A DNA stretch of 64,000 bases from Candidatus Latescibacterota bacterium (GTDB taxonomy: Bacteria; Latescibacterota; UBA2968; GCA-2709665), in the NCBI GenBank assembly GCA_965116875.1, contig OZ220733.1:1984001-2048000 (forward strand), written 5' to 3'. Of the stretch, positions 48,463 to 58,907 are shown piece after piece. Each line of letters opens with the position of its first letter. Positions within the stretch are counted from its first letter, which is position 1. Made by a program: the position numbers and the translations under genes. The notes beneath the pieces are model-generated. The model searched no databases and had not been told where the DNA came from. It worked only from the letters and a program-made list of their open reading frames with translations.

Positions 48463-49518
48463 ATGAGAATCGGTGGGTTAAGAAATCTTCCGTTGAGTTT
48501 GTCTCTGATCATCGGTTGTGGGAACCAGGGTGCAAAGCCTTTGTGGATAGAAACAAATACCATGGAGTTGAAGCAGCAACTCACTATTGGGACTAGCGAC
48601 ATAAAAAGGAACGAATACGTCTTCGGGAACGTATCGGACATTAAATGCGATACCGATGGGGATATTTACATTGCCGATGCTGGATTGTTTCGCATTCAGA
48701 AATACTCGTCGAATGGGACCTTCGAAAGGTCCTTTGGAATGGGTAATGGCCGAGAGCCAGGGCAGTTTATGCGATTGATGCATATCGATGTAGACAAAAG
48801 CAAGGACGTATATGCAACAGACTACGCATTGCGCAGAATTACTGTTTTCGATTCTATCGGGATAGTGAAGAATACGATACGAGTCCGTATGAAACCGGCA
48901 CAGATCATCGTCGGACAGAAAGGTTCGATATACATAATTGGAAATCCGATGTCGTATACTGGACCGCTCATACATATGCTCAATTTGCACGGCACATTTG
49001 TGAAGAGCTTTTGTAAGCGTGACGGAATACCGGATTTAGCACTCAAATCGGGAAACTTCGGGTGGTTAGCAACCGACAACGATGGCAACATATACTATAC
49101 ACTTACATATCCGATCGAAATTAGGAAATTCACTGAGGATGGGGATTTATTGGCACGATTCACCCGCCCCGTCCCATTTTTGTCGCCGCCAATCGTGGTT
49201 CGGGCCAAAGGTGGAATGAAAAAAGTCTGGATGGGGAGCGGGTCCATGAATCTCTTCGCACTTCCAGATGGAAAGTTGGTACACCTCATCTACCACCGTG
49301 ATAGAAACAAGCCAGAAATGTATCCAAGATTGTATTTCGACATTTTCTCTCGAAGAGGTGAATGGCTTCTCTGTGTTCCATTGTCGCGCTTAGGATTGCG
49401 GAAATACGGTACGTTAGGTACGGACTTACGTGGTGGTCTTTATGTCAATCACAGAACTCCGTACTCCCGGGTAACGAAGTACTCACTTACTTTCCCAGAC
49501 AATGTTCAAGATTACTGA
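48463..49518 (+). CDS. 6-bladed beta-propeller (NHL-like) lipoprotein
   Basis: Lipobox-like LIIGC; FGNVSDI..D.DGDIYIAD...RIQKYS..GTFERSFG.G.G.EPGQF. Confidence 0.8.
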   Translation: MRIGGLRNLPLSLSLIIGCGNQGAKPLWIETNTMELKQQLTIGTSDIKRNEYVFGNVSDIKCDTDGDIYIADAGLFRIQKYSSNGTFERSFGMGNGREPGQFMRLMHIDVDKSKDVYATDYALRRITVFDSIGIVKNTIRVRMKPAQIIVGQKGSIYIIGNPMSYTGPLIHMLNLHGTFVKSFCKRDGIPDLALKSGNFGWLATDNDGNIYYTLTYPIEIRKFTEDGDLLARFTRPVPFLSPPIVVRAKGGMKKVWMGSGSMNLFALPDGKLVHLIYHRDRNKPEMYPRLYFDIFSRRGEWLLCVPLSRLGLRKYGTLGTDLRGGLYVNHRTPYSRVTKYSLTFPDNVQDY

Positions 49519-49545
49519 CTTCATTACATATTTCATTTGTTAAAG

Positions 49546-50601
49546 ATGGCGAAGAAAACGCAACGAGCAATCGCTAGGACCGATAATACCTGCTTGGCAC
49601 ATGGTCGATTGATCTATATTATGATGTCGTGTTTCTGCATCTGCTTATCGGCCGAAGTTCTGGCTGATGAAATCAGAAGAACGCGCATAATGATGGGAAC
49701 GTCGGTTTCAATAACGATTGATCAAAACTCTTACGAAACGACTGCAGCAATTGACATTGCTTTCCGGGAAATCGCAAGAATCGAACAAATCTTGAGTACG
49801 TATGTTTCCGATAGCCATATTTCAAAGTTAAATCGACTAGGTCGCCTTTCATATCCCCCTATCGAACTACACGATGTAATTTCCCGAGGACTCTACTTCG
49901 GTTTGATTTCTGACGGAGCCTTTGATATTACGATCAAGCCGGTTCTGGACCTATATCGAGAATGTATTCGCACAAAACAACGCCCACCAACGGCTATTGA
50001 ACTTGCTGTAACCACTGCCTTGGTCAACTATCGCAATGTTGCAGTGCATGGAGATTGTATCCAAATACAAAGACGAGGCACTCAAATCACTACCGACGGC
50101 ATCGCAAAGGGATACATAATCGACCGAGCAATTGCGGTTCTTGAGCGGAACGGCGTCGAATCTGCGCTTATAAATATTGGAGGAGACGCTCGCGCGATGG
50201 GCAGGAGATCGAATGGGTTGCCATGGATCATTGCACTACAAAATCCACGAGACCAAGAAGTAAATTTAGCAATTATTCCTCTACAAGATAAGGCTGTAGC
50301 GACTTCAGGAGACTATGAGCGGTACTTTGTACCTGAGAAAACGATACACCATATTGTCGATCCTCGCACGGGTCATTCGGCAACATCATTGATAAGTTCA
50401 ACGGTGATTGCGAAGACAGCCATCGACGCTGATGCCTTGGCGACAACTGTATTTGTGATGGGTCCGGAAAAGGGAATGTCTTTGGTGGAGAGTATTAATG
50501 ACGTCGAGGCACTTGTTGTTACCCGGGGATTTAGGGTGCTGAAATCAAGTGGTCTCACGTTGTTGACTGAGTCATTCAAAAATCCAATCACGCAAGATTA
50601 A
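49546..50601 (+). CDS. apbE: FAD:protein FMN transferase
   Basis: MMGTSVSI, SDGAFDITI, GIAKGYIID, INIGGD, ATSGDYERYF, HHIVDPRTG, ADALATTVFVMG. Confidence 0.93.
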   Translation: MAKKTQRAIARTDNTCLAHGRLIYIMMSCFCICLSAEVLADEIRRTRIMMGTSVSITIDQNSYETTAAIDIAFREIARIEQILSTYVSDSHISKLNRLGRLSYPPIELHDVISRGLYFGLISDGAFDITIKPVLDLYRECIRTKQRPPTAIELAVTTALVNYRNVAVHGDCIQIQRRGTQITTDGIAKGYIIDRAIAVLERNGVESALINIGGDARAMGRRSNGLPWIIALQNPRDQEVNLAIIPLQDKAVATSGDYERYFVPEKTIHHIVDPRTGHSATSLISSTVIAKTAIDADALATTVFVMGPEKGMSLVESINDVEALVVTRGFRVLKSSGLTLLTESFKNPITQD

Positions 50602-50721
50602 CGAGAAATTCAACTATACCGGTCAATGTCATTTGAATGCAGTGTGGGCTCAACATCCCGGGTTATGCTAAGTGGCGTAAATCTAATTTCAGGTTTCGTT
50701 TCTGGCGGATATATTAGGACG

Positions 50722-51756
50722 ATGAAACGCATTTCAACCGTCGTGATTGTCTTGGTGCTGACGATATTTGGCAAGGGTAAGCTGTTGGAGGCGCAGTCCT
50801 CCAACAATGCGGATTTCGATGCCAATGGCATTGTCGAGTTCGGTGATTTCATTCTGTTAGCGCAGGCTTTCGGGACAAATGAAACACGTTTCGACCTTGA
50901 CGGCAGTGGAAAGGTGGATTTTCCCGATTTCATCCTTTTCGCAAAGCGATTTGGCGAGGGCGCGCCGAGAAGGGACATAAGTGTCACGCTTCCAGGTGGC
51001 GCGAAGCTGGATATGCGTTGGATCCATTCTGGGGTATTTCTGATGGGTTCGCCCGTTTCAGAGCCAGATCGCAATGACGACGAGGGTCCTCAGCATCAGG
51101 TGACGATTACAAAGGGGTTTTATCTGGGAAGGTACGAGGTCACACAGCAGCAGTGGGAGAGCGTGATGAATACGCGTCCGTGGCATCGGCGAGGGGAATC
51201 CCAGGATCCTAGGAGAGTGAACTTCCCGGCCTCATATATGGGTTGGGAGGATGTTGAGAATTTCATACGCAAATTGAACGAAATGGAGGGTAAACAGGTT
51301 TATCGATTGCCCACAGAGGCGGAATGGGAATACGCGTGCAGGGCCGGGACCACGACGCCCTGGTCGTTCGGAGACGACTCGACTCGGGTCGGTGACTTCG
51401 CACGTTACTATGAGAACTCTCGGTCAGTAATCGTCTTGGCCGACGGTCGTACGGTTTATGGTAGTCGAGAAGCCCAGGAAACAGGAGGCGTGTTTCCTAA
51501 TCCGTGGGGTCTGTACGATATGCACGGAAATGTCGCCGAATGGGTTCAGGACTACTTGGGACCGTACACGGCACAGCCTAAGTTCGATCCGAAAGGGCCC
51601 GACAAGCCCAGTGGAGATGGACCTCCGGAATACAATCATGTCGTAAGAGGAGGAACTTATTTGGACTATGGGCAGGCATTACGGTCGGCTGCTCGTTGGC
51701 GAGGTTGGGCGGGGAGCATTCGCATAGGATTTCGACTGTTGAGAGAACACAGATAG
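50722..51756 (+). CDS. Secreted dockerin/EF-hand-like plus FGE-sulfatase (C-type lectin fold) protein
   Basis: Signal peptide; ADFDANGIVEFGDF / FDLDGSGKVDFPDF; FLMGS, YEVTQQQW, RLPTEAEWEYACRAG, NPWGLYDMHGNVAEW, RGG...RSA.R...IGFR. Confidence 0.88.
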   Translation: MKRISTVVIVLVLTIFGKGKLLEAQSSNNADFDANGIVEFGDFILLAQAFGTNETRFDLDGSGKVDFPDFILFAKRFGEGAPRRDISVTLPGGAKLDMRWIHSGVFLMGSPVSEPDRNDDEGPQHQVTITKGFYLGRYEVTQQQWESVMNTRPWHRRGESQDPRRVNFPASYMGWEDVENFIRKLNEMEGKQVYRLPTEAEWEYACRAGTTTPWSFGDDSTRVGDFARYYENSRSVIVLADGRTVYGSREAQETGGVFPNPWGLYDMHGNVAEWVQDYLGPYTAQPKFDPKGPDKPSGDGPPEYNHVVRGGTYLDYGQALRSAARWRGWAGSIRIGFRLLREHR

Positions 51757-51794
51757 ATTCCACACACCAAATTAACTGAAGATTCCTCTATTCG

Positions 51795-54700
51795 ATGTAT
51801 GAGGCTTGGAGTTCTGAACTTCAAGTCCGTATTTTTGTGTCATGTACCCTGATCAGATTGATGTCAAATACGCAAGTGATCCCTTTTATGCTGAACGGAA
51901 AACGAACCAACGAATTAGGCGTTCCGGTTTGGGCCGTGTTTTGCATTGTGGCACCTTTCTGGTCCACACAAATTCGTTCAATGGAGACTCGCTTCGTGAA
52001 ATCTCCCATTGGAGCGATTCGCGCAAGTGCCATCCAACGCGGCGAGCGGCGGGCGTTGCTGACCGAGATATGGCTGTCCCGATACGGCGGCGCCAGTCGC
52101 GAAAGGATCAGGACCTACCCGGGCGCGGCGGGCTCGCTCGGATTCCTGCCGGATGGCAGCGCGATCGTCTATCTGGAACGCGGCCTCAGATATCCCGCCT
52201 TCGGGTCGTACCTCTCGGGCGGCCGCAGCCTGCCGATCGTGAAGAATCGGATCTGGGAATTGGCGGTCGACGGATCGGACGAGTCCCGCTGGCCGCTTCC
52301 ACCTGAGCTCAATCCATTGGACCTTGCCGTTTCGCCTGACGGCGATTTTCTCGCGGTACGTGGCGAGTGGGACGCATTGGTGGACTCGGGTCAACCGGGG
52401 CTCTGGAGGGTCGACCGAACGGGACAGGCAAAACAACTCCGGATCGGCAGGACAGCCGGCGCCCCGCGCTGGTCCGGAGACGGCGCCAAAGTCTATTTCG
52501 CCGAGGGCGATACGACGTCGATGGAAGTAAAGTTCGTGCACGTGGAGACCGGAGAGGTGGGTACTGAAACTGCTTCCGACAAAGCCGCCGGCGTTCGCGT
52601 CACTGCTGAGACCCCGCGCTCCAAATTCGAACCCACTCCCGATGCTCGCGAACAGAGTCCCCTGCAAAGAGCCCTGGTCGAGTTGCAGAGAGGATTGAGC
52701 CGGTACAGCCGGATGAACTCGGCCGTGCACCGGGCGGACCGTCACAGAGAAAAGGACGCGCGAAAGGCCGTTGAACGGATGTTTGCGGGGTTCCACAAAC
52801 ATTACAAGGCCCTCCGGATCTCGAAAGCAAGCTGCCTTGCTTACGTGGCGGCGCTGCGCGAACAGCAACTCAGAACCGCTGCCGCCGCGGGGGAACACAC
52901 CTGCCTGGAACACATGCTCGTGTTGAACGACCTGGCAGGGCGCTACGCCGAAAAACACGGCGCCCTTCCAACTGAACACGGTATTCTGTTCGGGTGGTTG
53001 AAACAGAAAGTCGATCTGCATGCGACCGGGGAAGCGGAACTCAGGCGGGACAGGGAAGTCCTGGACATTGTCTTCAGTTGCCCGGCAACTTCCGATTCGG
53101 AGCCGTTGATCGAACATCTCTACAGGCCGGATGCCGCGCCCGGCATGCCAATCCTGGCGTGTTTCAGGCACCCGGACCGGTATCTCCACCTGACGGAAAC
53201 GCCGGATGCACGAAGCCTCGAGGCGGTGGAGATGCGTTCTGAGACGGTCGACTCCCTCTTCGCGGTTGTGGTGCAGCGAACCGGAGAGGACCGGTTGCTG
53301 GAGGCGGCCGCCCTCTTCCAGCTCGTCGCCGTTCAGCGCCCGAAGGACGCGCCTCTCCACATCGAACTCGGCCACGCGTACTACAGGGCGAAAGACTACA
53401 AGCGCGCGATGTGGGCCTTCAAGAAAGCGATCTCTCTACAGGGAGGCGCCAGGGCCTATTACGGCGTGGGTCTGGTCTACGCGGAGATTCCGAAGGAACG
53501 CAACCTGGCCATCCACTATTTCCAGGAGGCCCTCGCCCGGGACCACGGGTACGTGGACGCCCGATATCAGATCGCAAGGCTGCGATACCTGATGAATGAG
53601 TACGACGTGGGCCGTGCGGTCGACCGCGTACTGGAGCTCGACCCGAACTACGCTGACGCCTATCGCCTGATGGGCGAGTGGTACGCCGATTTCTGGAAGG
53701 ACTACGAACAGGCCATTGTCTGGTACACCCGATATATGGCGCTGAGACCCGGCGATTCCAGCCTGCGCAGCCGGCTGGGCGTCGCGTATCTGATGATCGA
53801 AGACTACGAGAAAATCATGGCGAAACTGCTGGGTTTCGTCGAAGAGAACCCCGATGCGATTGAACTCATGCCGATCGTTGCGCAAGCATCCATGAAGCAG
53901 GGAAAGCCGGATATGGCGATGGAGTTCTTCGAGGACTACGTAGCAAAACTCCCGTCTCATGAGCGGGTTTTGTATGAGGACATCCGCCTGGTTTCGTCGT
54001 TAGAGGAACTCGGCGAATTCAACAATACTCCGGAGGCTGAACGCGCCGCTTTCCTGAAACGGTTCTGGAACGACCGGGATCCGGATCTCTCCACGCCTGT
54101 AAACGAACGTTTGCTGGAGCACTACCGCCGCGTCTGGCACGCACTCACCGAGTTTTCGGAAAACAAACAGCCGTGGGACGTGAGGGGCGAAGTCTACGTA
54201 CGTTTCGGAGAACCGGACCACCGCTCCAGGTCCGACCGGCCCAACTACAAACAAAGCCTGGCCGTGCAGCGGGTCAAGGAACGCCTTGCCGCGAACATCT
54301 ACGGCGCCGACGGCATGGGTGAGTCGTTTATGGGTCCCGTCTTTCCGGTTCGCGGCATGCGACGACTGGAGGGTGAATGGTACGAGTTTCGAGAAGCCGA
54401 GACTCCGGGAATTCGTGGGGGTGACGCGGGATCGCCCGGCGAAAGCGGAGGGTCCGCGGGCGGGGATGAGTACTCCGGAGGGGGTGGAGGGTTTGGCGGA
54501 CACGTACCGGTCGCGGACGTTATGGATACCGTGAGGCTTGGTCTCATGGATATGGACAAGCGCCTCGGCTTTGGAGACTATCACCCGGTCACGTCCGGTG
54601 AAGACAGAGGGACGATCCCATGGGAGACGTGGATCTACACCGACGTGGGCGGTGGCATTGAAATCACGTTCACGGACGAATTCGGCGCCGGAACCTATGA

Positions 54701-55652
54701 GTACGCCCCGATGCCGCCGAATCGGGGGGACATCGACCTCGGCCAGACTGCGAAGTTGAGAAACCACTCTCCCAGAGAGATCTACAAGCGCGCGGCGCGT
54801 GTAGAACCGAATTACTATGCGCCGGAAGAGGAGACGGCGTCCCTCGATTTCCACTATTCGCTGGCGGATTTCAGGGGCGAGGATGGCCGCAGCTTCCTCG
54901 AAATCTACTACGGGGTCCCCATCCTCCCCGCCCACTACGATTCGGAAGAGGACGTCACGCGCCAGGTGCTCACGCACCATGCGGCGCTCATTTCATCCTC
55001 GCTGGACACAATTTACCGGCAATCAGACGGGCTGACGTACGAGGCGGAAGGAAACCAGGCCGGAGAGGGCATCCAGGTTCCCGGCGTCCTCAAGCTGAAC
55101 CTGCCGCCGGGCGCTTACCGGCTGGAGGTGAAGGCGCAGGACCGGCGCAGAGGGCGAATGGGCGCCTATCGACAGCAGGTCGTCGTAGAGCCATACGGCG
55201 ACGCCGGGTTGCAGATGAGTGACCTGGAACTGGCTTGGAAGGTAGCCGAGGAAAAAGCGGACAGCCCGTTCAACAAGGGAGAACTGAACGTCGTTCCGAT
55301 GCCGTCACGAACGTTCAGGAAAGGCCAGGGCGTTTTTGTGTACTACGAAATCTACAACCTGGCGAAAGACGCGTTCGGGCAGACGAATTACACTATATCC
55401 CATACGATCACATTCAGAGACACACCGGGCGCCATCAGCAACATCTCCCGCCTGTTCCGCTGGGGGACCGGGATACGCGAGGAACTGGCCGTCACCTACG
55501 AACAGCAGGGAGAGGCAACGCAGGAAGTGGAATACGTTGAATTGGACCTCGCCGAACAGGTCCCGGGTCGATACTCGCTGAAGGTGGCGATCGAAGACAA
55601 GAACAGCGGTGAAACGGCGGCTAAAGACGTTGTGTTCGTTATTGTGAAATAG
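51795..55652 (+). CDS. Large TPR + GWxTD-type domain protein with TolB-like propeller blades (start uncertain)
   Basis: FLPDG/SPDG/WSGDG blades; TPRs; FWNDRDPDLSTPVNERLLEHYRRV...PWDVRGEVYVRFGEPD; MSDLELA; VYYEIYNL. Confidence 0.85.
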   Translation: MYEAWSSELQVRIFVSCTLIRLMSNTQVIPFMLNGKRTNELGVPVWAVFCIVAPFWSTQIRSMETRFVKSPIGAIRASAIQRGERRALLTEIWLSRYGGASRERIRTYPGAAGSLGFLPDGSAIVYLERGLRYPAFGSYLSGGRSLPIVKNRIWELAVDGSDESRWPLPPELNPLDLAVSPDGDFLAVRGEWDALVDSGQPGLWRVDRTGQAKQLRIGRTAGAPRWSGDGAKVYFAEGDTTSMEVKFVHVETGEVGTETASDKAAGVRVTAETPRSKFEPTPDAREQSPLQRALVELQRGLSRYSRMNSAVHRADRHREKDARKAVERMFAGFHKHYKALRISKASCLAYVAALREQQLRTAAAAGEHTCLEHMLVLNDLAGRYAEKHGALPTEHGILFGWLKQKVDLHATGEAELRRDREVLDIVFSCPATSDSEPLIEHLYRPDAAPGMPILACFRHPDRYLHLTETPDARSLEAVEMRSETVDSLFAVVVQRTGEDRLLEAAALFQLVAVQRPKDAPLHIELGHAYYRAKDYKRAMWAFKKAISLQGGARAYYGVGLVYAEIPKERNLAIHYFQEALARDHGYVDARYQIARLRYLMNEYDVGRAVDRVLELDPNYADAYRLMGEWYADFWKDYEQAIVWYTRYMALRPGDSSLRSRLGVAYLMIEDYEKIMAKLLGFVEENPDAIELMPIVAQASMKQGKPDMAMEFFEDYVAKLPSHERVLYEDIRLVSSLEELGEFNNTPEAERAAFLKRFWNDRDPDLSTPVNERLLEHYRRVWHALTEFSENKQPWDVRGEVYVRFGEPDHRSRSDRPNYKQSLAVQRVKERLAANIYGADGMGESFMGPVFPVRGMRRLEGEWYEFREAETPGIRGGDAGSPGESGGSAGGDEYSGGGGGFGGHVPVADVMDTVRLGLMDMDKRLGFGDYHPVTSGEDRGTIPWETWIYTDVGGGIEITFTDEFGAGTYEYAPMPPNRGDIDLGQTAKLRNHSPREIYKRAARVEPNYYAPEEETASLDFHYSLADFRGEDGRSFLEIYYGVPILPAHYDSEEDVTRQVLTHHAALISSSLDTIYRQSDGLTYEAEGNQAGEGIQVPGVLKLNLPPGAYRLEVKAQDRRRGRMGAYRQQVVVEPYGDAGLQMSDLELAWKVAEEKADSPFNKGELNVVPMPSRTFRKGQGVFVYYEIYNLAKDAFGQTNYTISHTITFRDTPGAISNISRLFRWGTGIREELAVTYEQQGEATQEVEYVELDLAEQVPGRYSLKVAIEDKNSGETAAKDVVFVIVK

Positions 55653-56183
55653 ATATGGCGAGGGTAAATGAAATCTGAATTCAGTTGCAGCGTTCCGGTT
55701 TCGATTATGATGTTTAGGAGACCGTCGCGCCACGCAAACTCACAACTCAACCTCCTGGGGCTGGGTCAATTACATTCGTACCTATCCTGAATCAAAGGTC
55801 CAGTAGGCACCCCTGGCACAATCGACTATTGTAAAGGCGACATTCACGAGTGGTACCGAGCCTTTGGATGAAGCCAATTTGGTTCACTGTTTGGCCACCT
55901 TTCGAGGTGTTATCACTTTGATTCCAGAGGGAAAGTTTTTGGGATAGCTTTCCTAGCTCGTGATTGACGATAGGAGGTTCCAGACGGGCTGTCGTGTCGG
56001 CATCACGACCGATCCGGTCAGACGAAAACAAGATTGGGAAAGAAAATATCACAGTCTGAGGAATTGGACAATCCTGAGTACACATTATTCCAAGAGTGCC
56101 GCTTAGCAAAGGGAAAAACAGGAGGCATGGAACAGAGGTTCTGTAGCTCTGGCTTTAGGTTTAACTTCCCAGGGAGGATCTAA

Positions 56184-58907
56184 ATGAAGACGATGAATCG
56201 ATCCCAATTGGCTGTCTTTGCAACAATGAAGTCGCGTGATTCGAAGTTGCAGATGCGGTGGGATCACGACAAGATGGCACCAGCCGCGCTTAAGGGATTT
56301 CTCGCTGAACCCTTCCAAGGGCCGGCCGCCAAACTCGTCACCGCCGCGGCGCTCGATTTTCTTGATGACAACAAACAGCTCTTTCGAATGAATAAACCGA
56401 AGGAGGAACTGAGCGTCATTCAGAAAACAACCGATGCCCGGGGGAACCTATGCGTGGCGCTGCAGCAGAAGTACGAGAGAATTCCCGTGGAGGGCGCAAC
56501 GGTACGTGTGCATTTCAACCTTGATAAAACTGTTTATCAGGTTACAAGCAAGTACGAGCCTGGAATCGAGCTTGATGACGTGGAACCCACAATCAGCTGT
56601 GAACAGTCATACGCCAGAGCGCTTGAAGATGCCGGAGGCGGTACGCGGGTTGATGCTGTTATCCCCGAACTTGTCATTTGCCCAGAAAAGGATGGACCTA
56701 AACTGGCATGGGTCGTCGAAGTGATCGGCGAGGATACCAAGCTACCAATGAAGTACTATGTCGATGCCAAAGACGGCACCGTTCTGCGAAAGTTCAGCGA
56801 TCTCTATTTCATGGGCACCGGGACTGGGATCTACTCAGGTACGGGCGCTCTACATACGGTTCCTCACAATGGGGCGTTTCGACTCATTGATAACACCCGC
56901 AAGGCTACGGGCGGACCTGCTATTCATATCTGCGACATGAACAACAGCGCCTTATACGGGGCAGATACGGAGCCAAAGCCCGACCTGACAAACGTTTGTG
57001 AGGATACCGATAACAATTGGGAAGATAACACCACGATCCCCCGCCACAATAATCAACGCACCGAAGTGGATATTCATCGATACATGGGAGAGGTGGTTGA
57101 CTACTTTCGCGACACCCATGACTGGAACAGTTTCGACAACTTAGGGTCTGATATCTTCTGCGGTGCCCATGCGCGGATTTCTGGGTCGCCAAATAACGCA
57201 GCCTACTCGCCCACGAGGAAATGCTTTTACTTTGGCGACGGGGATAACGTTACCTTCAACTACCTTTCCCCACTGGATGTAGTCGCCCATGAGTTCATGC
57301 ATGGCGTAACGGATTACACCTCGAAGCTATTTTATAATAACCAGTCGGGTGGGCTCAATGAGGCGTTTTCTGATATATTCGCGGCCTTTATAGACAACGC
57401 CGATACCCAAATTGGCGAGGATTGCACGACGCCCACCAAGCCCGGTGATTGCCTGCGACGGATGGATGATCCATCAAGCTCGAACGCCCTTTCTCGTATT
57501 CCCAACCACGTTTTGGCTTCGCATGACTCCATGAACATCGGCTACTACGACGGTCAAGACCCTCACTATGCTTGCGGTCCGGTTATCTACGCAGCGGCCC
57601 TTCTGCTTGTCGGAGGAACGCATCCCAATACCAATATAACGGTTCAGCCAATTGGGTACGCGCGGTGCGAGCAGATCTTCTGGCATGTCCAGTCGAACGG
57701 CCTTCTCGGCAATAGCAATGCAACCTTCCTCGAGTGCAGGGAAGCTGCAGTCAACGCGGTGGACGCCCTGTTCAGCGATAATGCAGACTACCTCCGAATA
57801 CTCAATTCGGTGAAAAACGCCTTTACGGCGGTTGGCATCGGTCCTGACATTTATATCAGGGACAACACCGGTGATGATGGGACCGTTCCGAATACGGCAC
57901 CTCTTTACAGGAGCCCCGATATCATTGTGCGCCAGAACGAAGAAGCATCGCCCCAGACTGCTTTCGCCGACCTCGACGATGACTCGCTGAGTGAGAATGC
58001 TGAAGCGGGCCAGAATAACTGGATATACCTACGCTTGCAAAACCGCGGTTCCGTTGTGGGCGACGTGGAGGTGAACGTCTATTGGGCGGCCCCGAACACT
58101 TTTGCGTTTCCCAGCCAATGGAATCTGATCGACACCGTCAATGTGATGTCCATTCAACCGGGTGGTCTTTCCATAGGTGCGCTCAAATGGCGCGCGCAAG
58201 ATCTGCCTCCCATGGGACACTTCTGTTTGATTGCCGAATTGCACAACACGGTTGATCCAGCTCCGGATAAAACGTTGATCACCAACGGGGAGACGTTCAG
58301 CAGATTTGTCGCGGAGAGCAACAATTTCGCATGGAAAAACATCAATGTCGTCGATGTTCTTCCTTCCGGACTGGCTGGTTTCAATTTCCTGATTAGTGGG
58401 GACGATGAATCATCGTCGGAGGTCCAGATTGACCTGACCGAACTCCCGGATACTGCTGAGGTATACATGCGGGCTCTTGGTCGGCTCTGTGAAGATGCCG
58501 AGATTATCGGCATGAGTTTCCTAGAGGCGAACAGCCGGTACAAGTACTACGATTTGGTACCCGGGACCGTGGGCCGGATACGCAACGTTTCCTTCGCGAA
58601 CAACGACACGTCGGAGATTCACTTGTACGCACGAATCCCCGAAGGCGCGACCCAGACCTATTCAATTACCACCACACAACTGACCAACGGCAACGTCACC
58701 GGCCGCATTACCCAGGTGCTGAACCTGATGTCCGGGGATGTTTTTGGCTTCATAGGCAATGTCAACACCCGTGAAGTCCACGAGCAAAACTGTCGCTGGG
58801 TCGGTACAATGAGCGACAAAAACAAACGTGGGTTTCGTTCCCTGAACAACGCTCATCAGGCCGGATACGACAACTGTGCATACTGTATTGGCGATTCAAA
58901 GCGGTAA
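56184..58907 (+). CDS. M4 (thermolysin-like) metallopeptidase with FTP/PepSY propeptide and C-terminal extensions
   Basis: QQKYERIPV, YYVDAKDG, NNAAY, DVVAHEFMHGVT, SGGLNEAFSDIF; GGAGG RBS. Confidence 0.9.
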   Translation: MKTMNRSQLAVFATMKSRDSKLQMRWDHDKMAPAALKGFLAEPFQGPAAKLVTAAALDFLDDNKQLFRMNKPKEELSVIQKTTDARGNLCVALQQKYERIPVEGATVRVHFNLDKTVYQVTSKYEPGIELDDVEPTISCEQSYARALEDAGGGTRVDAVIPELVICPEKDGPKLAWVVEVIGEDTKLPMKYYVDAKDGTVLRKFSDLYFMGTGTGIYSGTGALHTVPHNGAFRLIDNTRKATGGPAIHICDMNNSALYGADTEPKPDLTNVCEDTDNNWEDNTTIPRHNNQRTEVDIHRYMGEVVDYFRDTHDWNSFDNLGSDIFCGAHARISGSPNNAAYSPTRKCFYFGDGDNVTFNYLSPLDVVAHEFMHGVTDYTSKLFYNNQSGGLNEAFSDIFAAFIDNADTQIGEDCTTPTKPGDCLRRMDDPSSSNALSRIPNHVLASHDSMNIGYYDGQDPHYACGPVIYAAALLLVGGTHPNTNITVQPIGYARCEQIFWHVQSNGLLGNSNATFLECREAAVNAVDALFSDNADYLRILNSVKNAFTAVGIGPDIYIRDNTGDDGTVPNTAPLYRSPDIIVRQNEEASPQTAFADLDDDSLSENAEAGQNNWIYLRLQNRGSVVGDVEVNVYWAAPNTFAFPSQWNLIDTVNVMSIQPGGLSIGALKWRAQDLPPMGHFCLIAELHNTVDPAPDKTLITNGETFSRFVAESNNFAWKNINVVDVLPSGLAGFNFLISGDDESSSEVQIDLTELPDTAEVYMRALGRLCEDAEIIGMSFLEANSRYKYYDLVPGTVGRIRNVSFANNDTSEIHLYARIPEGATQTYSITTTQLTNGNVTGRITQVLNLMSGDVFGFIGNVNTREVHEQNCRWVGTMSDKNKRGFRSLNNAHQAGYDNCAYCIGDSKR

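Noticed and set aside
50722-51756. FGE-sulfatase/C-type lectin protein as a diversity-generating retroelement target
   Set aside because: No reverse transcriptase and no template repeat of the 3' region were seen in the window; a remote DGR cannot be excluded.
55653-56183. Short ORFs in the spacer before the M4 peptidase, and a TGGCAC sigma54-like site near 55814
   Set aside because: No recognisable protein in the frames checked, and the TGGCAC lacks a correctly spaced TTGC.
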